A stretch of 59,966 nt of DNA from positions 1-59,966 of IMG/VR virus record IMGVR_UViG_3300031451_000149. The stretch is one strand, 5' to 3'. Of the stretch, positions 44,115 through 52,943 are shown one piece after another. Origin of the DNA: a virus (Duplodnaviria; Caudoviricetes). The position numbers and the translations under genes are program-made. Positions within the stretch are counted from its first letter, which is position 1; the number at the start of each line of letters is the position of its first letter. The notes beneath the pieces were generated by a model. It saw only the letters and a list, made by a program, of their open reading frames with translations. It ran no database searches and was not told where the DNA came from.

Positions 44115-44786
44115 TCATGCCCAGTCTCCGCGGTCTGTGACGACGGCAGCCGTCCGCTCCAGCGCCTTGCCCCGGATGCGGATCAGGTCGTCACCCTTGG
44201 CCGTCACGTCGCGGAATGGGAGCGGCGCCTCCACGACCTCGTATCGGGGCTGGCTACCTTGCGGTTCGGGGCGCAACAGGCGCGTGACGTAGGAAACCGA
44301 CGCTTCGCTCGGGTAGCCCGTGGCTATCGGCTGACCGTCGCCGCTGATGGCTGCCCATGCCTTCGCGGACCTTGACCGGACTAGACTGGACACGGTGGTG
44401 AGCGCCGCCTCTGCCGCAGCTTGGCTCACGTCCTGCCCGAAGATTTCGCCCCGGCGTTTGTGCCAGAACGCCACCCAAGAGCGGTCCATCTGGTCCATGC
44501 CTTGGTTCGGGTCCGGCAACGCCAGCGTCGCGGCCCGGTTCGCGTCGCACCAGGCACGCAAGGCGCGGCGCACGTCGTCGTAGGCAGGGAAGAAGCGCTG
44601 TCCCAGGGTGACGTGGTGCATCGAGTCCGTGTTGAACGCTCCAGGCGGAAAGCCGTCCCTGGCGAGCATTCCGGCCATCAGCGTAACACGCTCGGCGTCA
44701 ACCGTCGCGGACCCAGCGACGGTCAGGTTTGCAAGCCCCTCCAGCCAAAGTTCAATGCGTGGCACGAGGCTAATTGAAGCGGACAT
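44115..44786 (-). CDS. Replication accessory protein (helicase-loader position)
   Basis: Directly after initiator; ..RFFPAYDDV motif seen in loader-like proteins. Confidence 0.55.
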   Translation of the reverse strand: MSASISLVPRIELWLEGLANLTVAGSATVDAERVTLMAGMLARDGFPPGAFNTDSMHHVTLGQRFFPAYDDVRRALRAWCDANRAATLALPDPNQGMDQMDRSWVAFWHKRRGEIFGQDVSQAAAEAALTTVSSLVRSRSAKAWAAISGDGQPIATGYPSEASVSYVTRLLRPEPQGSQPRYEVVEAPLPFRDVTAKGDDLIRIRGKALERTAAVVTDRGDWA

Positions 44787-45840
44787 GCGCGGCCTCCGTG
44801 TCCAAGATTACGGGGGTATCCAACTCATCGAAGCGCGAAGTGATGCCGAGTTTGCGACGGCGTTCCTCGCTGAGCGTCTCCCGGCGTCCCGACCGCTGGC
44901 CAAGCCGTGCAGCCCTTTCCCGGCAGCGGTTCCGCCACGTCGCCGGCCAGTCCAGCTTGCGACCCTTGGCCCCTGGAACGCCGTGCCAGTAGTCCCGAAA
45001 CTCCGCAGCCGACGCGGCTACGTCCAGCCCGAAATCAGCCGCGAACGCCGCATCCGCCGGGCTGGGCTGCCAATCCACCGGCAATCGAATGCCCCTGGCC
45101 TCGGTGCGTGTCGGCGGCGGCTCTGCCGACGCATCGGCGGTGGGGGGGCGTACAGGGGGTCTTCCTTTCTTTCTTTCTATAGGTCTGTTCTGTTCTGTTC
45201 TGTTGGAGCCTGTCACATCCTCTGTCACAGAGAACGCTGGATGTTTAATAACAACAGGTTGTGTCAGATCGTTGCGACACTGTTGCTTGTGGATAACTTT
45301 TTCGTTTCGATCTAATTCTTGGGAATGACCAAAGCTGTCACCACTCACTGCGGATTCTCGGTTCCCTTGATCTTCTGTGACAATCTCTGTGACAGAGGAT
45401 GTGACAGTCAATGTGACAGGGGTGCTGGACGTATCTGTTGAATGGCCATCACGCTTGGCTGCCCTAGCCTTCCGAGCAGCCGCAGTCCGGTCCTTCTGCG
45501 AGATTTTTCGCTCCCAGCTCTCCTTGACCTTCTCCGCCACCACGGGATGATACAGGCGGCCGTCGCTGCACAGCACCCATCCGCGCAGTGCGTGATCGCG
45601 CACCTTCGGCCAAGCCCGGCGGGCTTGGGACAGGTGTTCAAGGATCGTGTCGTTGTTGGGCAGGCTACCGGCCGGCACCTGACACCACGCCTCACACCAG
45701 AGCGACAGCGCAGCGACCTTGCCCTCGGCAGGGCCGACCATCCAGGTTTCGCTGGTCAGCAGCCGCCGCACGTCGAGCGGCATCCAAGGGTAGTCTCGGA
45801 GGTCGCACTCTGGGGGCGTCATGGGATCGGGCGCGGTCAT
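44770..45840 (-). CDS. Replication initiator (DUF1376/YdaU-like)
   Basis: DLRDYPWMPLDVRRLLTS...LWCEAWCQVPAGSLP...GWVLCSDGRLYHPVVAE; C-terminal FRDYW...KLDWPATWRN. Confidence 0.88.
   Translation of the reverse strand: MTAPDPMTPPECDLRDYPWMPLDVRRLLTSETWMVGPAEGKVAALSLWCEAWCQVPAGSLPNNDTILEHLSQARRAWPKVRDHALRGWVLCSDGRLYHPVVAEKVKESWERKISQKDRTAAARKARAAKRDGHSTDTSSTPVTLTVTSSVTEIVTEDQGNRESAVSGDSFGHSQELDRNEKVIHKQQCRNDLTQPVVIKHPAFSVTEDVTGSNRTEQNRPIERKKGRPPVRPPTADASAEPPPTRTEARGIRLPVDWQPSPADAAFAADFGLDVAASAAEFRDYWHGVPGAKGRKLDWPATWRNRCRERAARLGQRSGRRETLSEERRRKLGITSRFDELDTPVILDTEAAHVRFN
45184..45419. promoter_or_regulatory. Putative replication origin within initiator gene
   Basis: TGTGACA x4 at 12-bp period (45376-45418), inverted TGTCACA x2 (45211, 45223), 24-bp perfect inverted repeat 45210-45233/45384-45407, DnaA box TGTGGATAA 45288-45296, AT-rich spacer. 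Confidence 0.8.
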
Positions 45841-46622
45841 GCTGCACCCGCTCGCGTCTGGTCAAAAACAGGCTGCTGCACGTATTCCACGAAGCGTTCT
45901 CGCCATTCGTCTGGCGCGCGATTCCAAAGACGCATCATGGCACTGCGCCATTGATCCTCTGTTTCAATGTCATTCAGTGGCATCGGCACCGGCTTTACTC
46001 GGCTCGCTGCCACTTCAGCCACGCGCTGGAGCTGTTGTTCAGGTTCTGCCTTGGCGATCTCTAAGCGGGCGCTCTGCGTTGTCAATCCGGCCGCATCGGC
46101 GGCCTCGCGCGCCTCTGGAGTAATGCCGGCGATCTTGACCGCACGCTGGGCCTCAGTGCGGTCAATGCCAAGATCGCGCGACGCGGCACGTAAACCTCCT
46201 TCACTTCCCCTTCCCGCACCAGGCTTAGTGGCGCAACCTGCGCCACTAAGCTTCTCTCCGGTCAATCGAACCCATTCCGCAATATGGTCCGCCCGCTCCT
46301 GCGCGGTCAGCTCGGCACGGTGCAAGTTCTCCGCGATTTCCCACAGACGGACATCTACGTCGTCGCCGTCTGTCACCACCGCCATGATCTCGGACCAGCC
46401 TATCTTGCGGGCAGCTTCAACCCGGTGCCGACCTGACACGATTTCCCAAACGTCTGCATCGCGTCCGTCCCGTATGCGGATTGCCGACCGCACAGTGATA
46501 GGAATACGCAACCCAAGTCGCTCCATGCTGCGCTTGAGCGTTGCAACCGCTTCCGGCTGCAACTCCCGAACCGGCGACAGGGACGAATAGATCAGAGCAA
46601 GGGGCAGTGGCTGAAGGTTCAT
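45837..46622 (-). CDS. ParB/Srx-domain protein with HTH
   Basis: GLRIPITVR...IVSGRHRVEAA...EIAENLHRAELT...LRAASRDLGIDRTEAQR. Confidence 0.85.
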   Translation of the reverse strand: MNLQPLPLALIYSSLSPVRELQPEAVATLKRSMERLGLRIPITVRSAIRIRDGRDADVWEIVSGRHRVEAARKIGWSEIMAVVTDGDDVDVRLWEIAENLHRAELTAQERADHIAEWVRLTGEKLSGAGCATKPGAGRGSEGGLRAASRDLGIDRTEAQRAVKIAGITPEAREAADAAGLTTQSARLEIAKAEPEQQLQRVAEVAASRVKPVPMPLNDIETEDQWRSAMMRLWNRAPDEWRERFVEYVQQPVFDQTRAGAA

Positions 46623-47713
46623 GCCATACCTCCCGTACGCCGCCTGACATAAGGGGTACCGAGTAAAAACGGCTCAGACTCTGCGAAGACCTTAAGGGTA
46701 TTGATGCTCTTACCCTGATACCAGTTGTTCCAGGCGTTCGCTGGTAGGATGATCCTGGCATCAACCTTGCCGCTGTTCAGACTGCGCTCGTAAAGCGCCA
46801 CCATGAGCGCCCGTCGAGGATCGCCCTTCCGAAGTCCATCGTTCTCTGCCAGCCCACGCCAGAACACTTCTGCCTTTTCAGTCTGATACCGCAGAGTCGC
46901 CAAGGCCACGGCCACGGTGCTTTGGCTTTGCAGCTTCGATTTGAGCGCCGGAGCGCAGGGTCGCAGCAGCTCTTCATACTTGACTGCAAACTGCCACCAT
47001 GCCCGTGCCATTTCAAAACGAGCGTCAGGGGAGCGCGTCTTAACCGGATCAGTCTGATAGTTTGGGCGACGCAGACCATTTTCCAGTAGCGCCACTGCTT
47101 CATAGGTCGCCTTGGTCATACCCTTCGAAATGTTAAGTTTCTCAGCAATGCCGGTCGCATTCAGGACTTGTGACAGGCTGCGGCCAAGAGCGGTCACGTC
47201 ATGGCGGTTATAGAGAGTTGCTAACTCTGCGCCATCTGCCACATCCATAATCTGCAAATTGAAGTTCTGTGTGGTGCCACTGTCGGCCACTGCAAGCAGA
47301 CGATGCTGCCCATTAACCAAGTGCAACGTCCCGTCTGGCAGCCTTCCAAAAGAAATCTGCATGCCCGGCGACCACTGACCACGCTGCATTGCGTCAGAAA
47401 GCAAAGCGATGTGGTGCTGGTAAGCTGGACGCTGACCTTTATAGCGCAACTCTGACACGATGTGTCGTGCCATGTCTGGTGAGATGGCCTGTTTGCCTTC
47501 CGTGATCGAAAACGTACTTGCGTTCGGAAGGTTGTGGTCGTATGTCGATGCTGACACTTTATCTCTCTCTTTCTTCGCACGCGCCCGGCCTGCCAGCTGG
47601 GCGTTTGCATGTTGGGCGCCTGCCAGGATGATCCTGGACAGTTCGCCAACCTCAGACGGCTCCGGAAACGCGCCCGCATCGGCGGTTTCAACAGATGCCA
47701 GAAACTCAATCAT
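46619..47713 (-). CDS. ParB-like/DGQHR-type domain protein
   Basis: QRP...AMQRGQW...LVNGQHRLLAV; lower GC. Confidence 0.75.
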   Translation of the reverse strand: MIEFLASVETADAGAFPEPSEVGELSRIILAGAQHANAQLAGRARAKKERDKVSASTYDHNLPNASTFSITEGKQAISPDMARHIVSELRYKGQRPAYQHHIALLSDAMQRGQWSPGMQISFGRLPDGTLHLVNGQHRLLAVADSGTTQNFNLQIMDVADGAELATLYNRHDVTALGRSLSQVLNATGIAEKLNISKGMTKATYEAVALLENGLRRPNYQTDPVKTRSPDARFEMARAWWQFAVKYEELLRPCAPALKSKLQSQSTVAVALATLRYQTEKAEVFWRGLAENDGLRKGDPRRALMVALYERSLNSGKVDARIILPANAWNNWYQGKSINTLKVFAESEPFLLGTPYVRRRTGGMA

Positions 47714-47894
47714 GGTCAGCCCGCGTCCCCACGCTCACCACCGCCCCGTCCCGCGCGACCACCGGCACGCACCCCCGCGGCACGGTCAGCAGCGTGCCGC
47801 CCGGCATCTCCCACGCGACGGCTGCGGGCGTGTCCATCTCGGGACGGCGGAGCCAGCCGTGGGCGGTGGCGGGGAGGGCGTCGCTATTCATCAT
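47706..47894 (-). CDS. Hypothetical protein
   Basis: Short coupled ORF. Confidence 0.45.
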   Translation of the reverse strand: MMNSDALPATAHGWLRRPEMDTPAAVAWEMPGGTLLTVPRGCVPVVARDGAVVSVGTRADHD

Positions 47895-48033
47895 CGTCCG
47901 CCTCGTCATCCTGCGTGCAAGGGCAGGGTTCATCGTCGGACGGCGATAGCGTCACTAGGTTACGAAGCACGCCGGACCCGCCGCATTTCGAGCAGGCATT
48001 TCCATCCTCGTCTCGCATCAGGAACCGGCTCAT
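47884..48033 (-). CDS. Small zinc-ribbon protein
   Basis: MSRFLMRDEDGNACSKCGGSG...PCPC. Confidence 0.55.
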   Translation of the reverse strand: MSRFLMRDEDGNACSKCGGSGVLRNLVTLSPSDDEPCPCTQDDEADDDE

Positions 48034-48494
48034 GCCCCCAGCCCCTCCACCACCGCCACCAGCCCCAACCGCCCCGCACCCGTCCGCGTCCCCGCGACCG
48101 CCAGCCGCCAGGGCAATCCAGGGGTGGTGCCACCCCAAGCGCCGTCATCCCCCAGCGTCATCAGCAGGGGCCACGATCCCGCCGAATGCTCGGTCAGGTC
48201 CGCCGTGATGCCAAGGTCGTCGGCCTGCACCAGCAGCACGCCGACGCGCGCCACAAACAGCCGCAGCGCCAGGCTCCGCGCCGACACCACGTTGCCCTGG
48301 ATGTGCAGTATCCAATCGTGCGCGTTCCGCAGCTCGCCCGACACGACCTTGTCCGGCAGCAACGCCAGCATGCCGCGCCAGGACAGGTCCAGCGTGGGCG
48401 TCGGGTTGCGCGGCGGCGGCGCGAACATGGCAGCGGCCATCCGCAGGTGCGCGGCGCTCGGCTTGGGCGGCATCCGGCGGGTGCGGGCGGTCAT
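48030..48494 (-). CDS. Hypothetical protein
   Basis: Start MTARTRR overlapping HNH stop. Confidence 0.55.
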   Translation of the reverse strand: MTARTRRMPPKPSAAHLRMAAAMFAPPPRNPTPTLDLSWRGMLALLPDKVVSGELRNAHDWILHIQGNVVSARSLALRLFVARVGVLLVQADDLGITADLTEHSAGSWPLLMTLGDDGAWGGTTPGLPWRLAVAGTRTGAGRLGLVAVVEGLGA

Positions 48495-49054
48495 AGCGTG
48501 CCGATCTCCAGCACCGCGCCAGGTTCGGTCGCAACGTGCTTCCACGTCCGACCCAACGCTGCCATGTTGGCTCCGCCCTGATTAACGCCCCACTCCCGCG
48601 CGAGACGGGTTACAGCACCCCAAACGCCGCTTGCTTTAGCTGCACGGAGAATGCGAACGCGCTCGTCTGTGAGAACAGCGTGTGATTTCTGTTCCCCCCT
48701 CTGAATCATTCCGTGTGCGACGGCATCTTGCATATTTTCATGTTGCAATCCCCATCGAAGATTATCCGAACGGTTATTGAGTGGCTTCCCGTCACAGTGC
48801 AGCGCGTAATGCTTGATCGAAGGGCGTGGGCCTACAAACGCATCTGCTACAAGCGTATGAACGCGTCTCGTAATTTGATTGCCCCTCTGACCGAGGCAAA
48901 GAACTACATGATGATATGGATCACCCTTTCGAAGAAACTTGTTGACCGGCTTGCCAATGTATGTGGATTTCCCGGCACAGGAGCGCCTGACGTTCCCGAG
49001 GCAGGACACTTCATAGGATGGAGCAATTGAGATCGTCCGCCATTCTTCGGTCAT
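48491..49054 (-). CDS. NUMOD4-HNH homing endonuclease
   Basis: EEWRTI...YEVSCLGNVR...VHTLVADAFVG...HCDGKPLNNRSDNLRW...EN; low GC. Confidence 0.92.
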   Translation of the reverse strand: MTEEWRTISIAPSYEVSCLGNVRRSCAGKSTYIGKPVNKFLRKGDPYHHVVLCLGQRGNQITRRVHTLVADAFVGPRPSIKHYALHCDGKPLNNRSDNLRWGLQHENMQDAVAHGMIQRGEQKSHAVLTDERVRILRAAKASGVWGAVTRLAREWGVNQGGANMAALGRTWKHVATEPGAVLEIGTL

Positions 49055-49461
49055 ACTGTTCCAACCTCAATAACGGCGCCTGGGTTCTTTCCATAATGCT
49101 TGGAAATGCTTATGGAAACAAGTTGTGAATCATCAACCCAAACAACTCGGTTGAAAGAGTCTGCGATTAACTTGCATGTGTTGTCCAAATCCGGCCGTCC
49201 GGTAGGGCGCAGCAACCCCGCCAAAGCATCGGCCTGCTTGCGCTTGGACCATGACGCCGGCACGCCCACCGCGATGTTGACCACCAATGACAGCGGCCCC
49301 TCTAGGCACGGCTGGCCAACGGCCTGGACGGCGCAGTGCCGCACCCAGGCTTCCGCGTTCAGCGTCTTGGCGTCGGTATAGACGCGACCGCCGCCGAACT
49401 TCGGCCGACCCTTGCCCCGTATGTCGCCGGGGACGTGGATGGTCAGAACGTCATGAGCCAT
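49051..49461 (-). CDS. rusA: RusA Holliday junction resolvase
   Basis: GKGRPKF...YT...RPDLDN..K...D......WVDDSQLV. Confidence 0.9.
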   Translation of the reverse strand: MAHDVLTIHVPGDIRGKGRPKFGGGRVYTDAKTLNAEAWVRHCAVQAVGQPCLEGPLSLVVNIAVGVPASWSKRKQADALAGLLRPTGRPDLDNTCKLIADSFNRVVWVDDSQLVSISISKHYGKNPGAVIEVGTV

Positions 49462-50005
49462 GCCGCCGCCTTCCCACCGCGACGCCCGCCAGCGCCACGG
49501 CGACCACGGCAACGGATGGCGGGCACGGCACGTTGGTCGGCGTGAACCCCAAGGAAATCAGAACTTCTGATCCCCTTTCCAGCACTAGAGCGCTCTGATT
49601 TTCTTCGAGCACTCGACCAGGTGCAAGTAGTTGATATGATTGAGCAAACACCCGAGTCTCATGCTGATCTAGACCAGGTCCGTTCGAGTAGTCGAGCAGC
49701 CCGAACCCGCCTGCGTATCCGCCGCCGAACCCGCCCGCGTATCCGCCCGGCCCGAACGGCAGCGCGCTCTGAACCCAACCCGGCGCCCCAATCCACGGCA
49801 GCGCGGGCGCGGCAGGCGCGGCGGCAGGCCCGGCGGCGCCAGGCGCGGCCAAGAGGGGCAGGGCCAATGCTGCGGCGCGGCTGCACGGGCCAGAGAGGGC
49901 GCGGGCAGGTGCGTGCCACCAAGGCCGCGCTCTCCCCCACACAGCCCATGCGCGCAGCGTGGCGGCGGTGTGATGCAGGACGGGCAGGCAGGGGTTTAGA
50001 ATCAT
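49451..50005 (-). CDS. Protein with degenerate PEP-CTERM-like tail
   Basis: GGYAGGFG x2; C-terminus PTNVPCPPSVAVVAVALAGVAVGRRR (motif, TM helix, basic cluster). Confidence 0.6.
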   Translation of the reverse strand: MILNPCLPVLHHTAATLRAWAVWGRARPWWHAPARALSGPCSRAAALALPLLAAPGAAGPAAAPAAPALPWIGAPGWVQSALPFGPGGYAGGFGGGYAGGFGLLDYSNGPGLDQHETRVFAQSYQLLAPGRVLEENQSALVLERGSEVLISLGFTPTNVPCPPSVAVVAVALAGVAVGRRRHGS

Positions 50006-50442
50006 GCGCCTCGCCCCCGACGCTCAGCAGTGCGCCGCTCTACCGTCGCAGCAGCCGCGACGCCGCCACCCTGGCCCGGTCCGCCCGCCGGCCCGCGAAC
50101 TCCGAGACCCAAACCGCCGCGTTCGATACCCGCGCCCACGTCCACATGCGCGCCCTGGCGAACCGCCGCCTGCAATTCCGCATTCCGTGCCCTCGCTGCT
50201 GCGACGCGCGCCAGGAGCGCCGTCATTGCCTGTTCGTCCCGCGCCGCCAGCTCTATGGCCGCGTCCAGCGACAGCCGCCTGCGCCGGGCCAAGTAGCTTT
50301 CGCAGGTGCGGGCGCTGCACTGGATGGCCTGCGCCATGCGCTTGGCCGCATTCGGTCCGGCAAACAGCCCGCAGATGTCGTCGGTCAGAGTGCCGGCGTG
50401 GCTCACCGCGACACCTGGCGTAGTTTTGGAAGTGGAACGCAT
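50002..50442 (-). CDS. HTH protein (CII-like position)
   Basis: AAKRMAQAIQCSARTCESYL. Confidence 0.6.
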   Translation of the reverse strand: MRSTSKTTPGVAVSHAGTLTDDICGLFAGPNAAKRMAQAIQCSARTCESYLARRRRLSLDAAIELAARDEQAMTALLARVAAARARNAELQAAVRQGAHVDVGAGIERGGLGLGVRGPAGGPGQGGGVAAAATVERRTAERRGRGA

Positions 50443-50693
50443 GATGTGCCCTGTGCATTGTCCATGTGCGAGACGGACAGGGCAGGACGGGCAGTGCAGG
50501 CAGCGACGGATGCGACCCCAAAAGAGCCGGCCTGGCGCTTCAACGCCGGGCCGGCAAGGTTGGAGGAAACGTCCGTCATGCCGGGCCGAAGCCCAGCCTC
50601 TGTGGCCGCTCGCCCGAAGGCGGCGACGATCTCAATGCACGCGGGGCAGGCCACGCCCAGCGCGATGTGCTCCAGCGTGCAGCAGCTCGCCAT

Positions 50694-51713
50694 CTACGCC
50701 GCCTCCGCCAGCCCGCGCGGCGCGAAGCACACGGCGACGTGGCACGGGCAGTATGACCGCGCCCGTGCCCGCGGCTGCCCACAGAACAGGAACGGCGTGC
50801 CAGGCGTGCGGTCGCTGCCCCACAGCGGAAACCGGCAACCAGCATCCCCTGTCGTGCCGCCATCGGGCGGGGCGGGGATGCTCTCGACGGCCACCGGCAT
50901 CGGCACCGCGGCCGGCCGCACAAGGCGCTGCGGCCTCGCCTTGCCTTCGCCTTTGGGCGCCCGGCGCGGTGGCAACTCCAATTCGCGCACCTTGCGATTG
51001 ATGGTGCTGCGGCCCAGCCCCACCCGAGCGACGATTTGCGGCATGGTCATGTTCAGGCGCGGCCACAGCGCCCGCAGCAGGTCCAGCCTCTCCGGCGTCC
51101 AGGCCATCGGCATACCGGCCTTGATGGCCTGGCCGCGCCCTGGCATCGGCGCGCGGGCCAGGGCCATCTGCCGCAGTCTCTCCTTCGTCTCCGGCGTATG
51201 GGCACGCCCGCCGTTGCCGCCGCGGTTGCGGGTCGGCGATGCGGCGGACAGCGGCGACGGACGGCGCAGCAGCCCCAACCGGTGCGCCTTGCACACGGCC
51301 GCGCCCTTGCTGACGCCCAGCCTGCGCCCGATGTCGGCGGCCGACAGCGCCAGGTCCGGCCACAAGTCCCGCAGCAGCCCGGTGCGCTCCGGCGTCCAGG
51401 TTGATGTCGGCTGCCCCTGCAGCGGCTTGATCGCGGCCAGCATGACGGCGCGGCACTCCGGGTCCGCCCATCGGGCCTTGGCGGCCGTTGAGTTCCTGGC
51501 TCGTGTTTCGTCTGATGCCGTGCGGCCCTTCATCGGCGACGGCTTGCCCTTGCGGGCGGCCGACATGATCGCGCGGGACTCCGGCGTATGAGTTTTGCCC
51601 AGTCGCGCCGCCGCCAGCTTGGCGCGCGTCTCCGGCGTTTGCGCGCGCGCCTTGCCAGCCTCGGACAGCTTGGCACGGCTCTGCGCCATGTGCGGCCGAC
51701 CGCTCACCGCCAT
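50694..51713 (-). CDS. gcrA: GcrA-family regulator with duplicated N-terminal HTH and NUMOD3 repeats
   Basis: WTPER..LLR.LW twice; CRFPLW...FLFCG...SYCPCH C-terminal domain; HTPESRAIMS/QTPETRAKL/HTPETKERL NUMOD3 motifs. Confidence 0.85.
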   Translation of the reverse strand: MAVSGRPHMAQSRAKLSEAGKARAQTPETRAKLAAARLGKTHTPESRAIMSAARKGKPSPMKGRTASDETRARNSTAAKARWADPECRAVMLAAIKPLQGQPTSTWTPERTGLLRDLWPDLALSAADIGRRLGVSKGAAVCKAHRLGLLRRPSPLSAASPTRNRGGNGGRAHTPETKERLRQMALARAPMPGRGQAIKAGMPMAWTPERLDLLRALWPRLNMTMPQIVARVGLGRSTINRKVRELELPPRRAPKGEGKARPQRLVRPAAVPMPVAVESIPAPPDGGTTGDAGCRFPLWGSDRTPGTPFLFCGQPRARARSYCPCHVAVCFAPRGLAEAA

Positions 51714-51841
51714 CCCCCGCAGATGATGAACACGAGCGGCACCAGCACCACGCCCAGGAGAATGCCCGCCAGCGTCAGCATCACGGCGTTGATGATGCCG
51801 CGGGGTGCCTTGAGGTTGTCGTGCCGGGCGGGGTCGTGCAT
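51704..51841 (-). CDS. Small membrane protein
   Basis: MHDPARHDNLKAPRGIINAVMLTLAGILLGVVLV... Confidence 0.55.
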   Translation of the reverse strand: MHDPARHDNLKAPRGIINAVMLTLAGILLGVVLVPLVFIICGGWR

Positions 51842-51954
51842 CAGCCCAGCCATCCCCCGGACAGGGCTAGCGCAGCAAAGGCCAGGCATCCGGCGGCCAG
51901 CCCCGCCATCGCGACACAGGCGGCGACCAAGACGATGCGGTGCAACAGCGGCAT
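51841..51954 (-). CDS. Small membrane peptide
   Basis: MPLLHRIVLVAACVAMAGLAAGCLAF...; TGATG coupling. Confidence 0.5.
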   Translation of the reverse strand: MPLLHRIVLVAACVAMAGLAAGCLAFAALALSGGWLG

Positions 51955-52160
51955 CAGACCTTCTCCATCCCGACAGCAGCCGCCGCCGCCCAGCCGCCGC
52001 GCAGGAACATGAGGCGGTTGCAGACCGTGCCTTGCGAGCAGCCGAGGCGGCGGGCCATCTGGCGCTGCAGGACGCCGGCCGCGTCCCACTCGCGCAGCTC
52101 GGCATCGTGCGCGCCGGCCGTGACCGGGTGCTGCGGGACGCCGCGGTTGCGCGTGGTCAT
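51954..52160 (-). CDS. Small HTH protein
   Basis: GVLQRQMARRLGCSQGTVCNRL. Confidence 0.65.
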   Translation of the reverse strand: MTTRNRGVPQHPVTAGAHDAELREWDAAGVLQRQMARRLGCSQGTVCNRLMFLRGGWAAAAAVGMEKV

Positions 52161-52462
52161 GGCAGCCAGCCCAGCGCCATGATCACGGCCAGCACCGTCA
52201 CGCCCAGCACGCACGCGACGATGAACGCCATCAGGGCGCGGTCCAGCGGCGGCAGCGGGTGGCTGGGCGAGGACAGTCGCGGCGTCGGGGCCGGGCTTGC
52301 GGCAAACCGTGCCAAATCACGGCGAGCGTGGCAGGCGTGGCGGGCATTCATGGTGCGGAACCAAGCGCGGCCCAGCAACGTCGGCGTCGATCCTGCCGCG
52401 GGCGGGGTCAGCTCGCCGCGGGCGTGGCGGGCGTTCATGTCGTGAAGCCACGCGCGATTCAT
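52157..52462 (-). CDS. Hypothetical membrane protein with internal duplication
   Basis: RAWLHDMNARHA / RAWFRTMNARHA; C-terminal TM helix. Confidence 0.55.
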   Translation of the reverse strand: MNRAWLHDMNARHARGELTPPAAGSTPTLLGRAWFRTMNARHACHARRDLARFAASPAPTPRLSSPSHPLPPLDRALMAFIVACVLGVTVLAVIMALGWLP

Positions 52463-52887
52463 GCGACGGTGTCCGGGGAGGCACCGTTGCCGGTAGCCTC
52501 CCCTTCCATCACCTTCGGAGCGCGACCAACCGAAGGAGACTCTACATGTCCGACAGCACCGTCACGCGCGAGAGCCTGGCCTCGCTCATATTCACCCGGA
52601 TCGCCAACCAAGAGGGGCGTGGCGACAAGCTCGACCGCCTCTACACCCTCACCTTGCTGCGGGACGTGTTGCAAGTCATCGACGGCAAGGGACTGCACCC
52701 CGGTATGGTCGCACCGCCCCGTCAGTAGCCAGTCCGCCAGCACTGCCGCGGCCTCAATTGTCCACTTGGCCGCGGCGGCGCTGGACGGGGGCAGCGCGGG
52801 CACGGTCAGGTCCAGCGCGTGCCGGCGCACTGCCAAGAGTTCGGCGTCGGATAGGTTGGGGGCGAGGTCGCGGGGACCGGGGGTCAT
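52459..52887 (-). CDS. Hypothetical protein
   Basis: Start MTPGPRDL; 3' part overlaps an antisense gene. Confidence 0.45.
   Translation of the reverse strand: MTPGPRDLAPNLSDAELLAVRRHALDLTVPALPPSSAAAAKWTIEAAAVLADWLLTGRCDHTGVQSLAVDDLQHVPQQGEGVEAVELVATPLLVGDPGEYERGQALARDGAVGHVESPSVGRAPKVMEGEATGNGASPDTVA
52546..52728 (+). CDS. Small antisense protein
   Basis: AAGGAG RBS; MSDSTVTRESLASLIFTRIANQEG... Confidence 0.65.
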   Translation: MSDSTVTRESLASLIFTRIANQEGRGDKLDRLYTLTLLRDVLQVIDGKGLHPGMVAPPRQ

Positions 52888-52943
52888 GCGGCCACCAACC
52901 CGGCAGATGCTACAGCGCCGGCAACACACGAAGGAGCGTAAGC

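Noticed and set aside
45837-47713. Plasmid-prophage partition system
   Set aside because: No ParA and no parS-like array seen; ParB-fold genes are common in phage early regions
49621-51591. 656-aa plus-strand ORF and other long antisense ORFs (e.g. 14384-15838, 36017-37273, 11606-12919)
   Set aside because: Shadow frames of high-GC minus-strand genes; Arg/Pro/Ala-rich with no RBS or motifs
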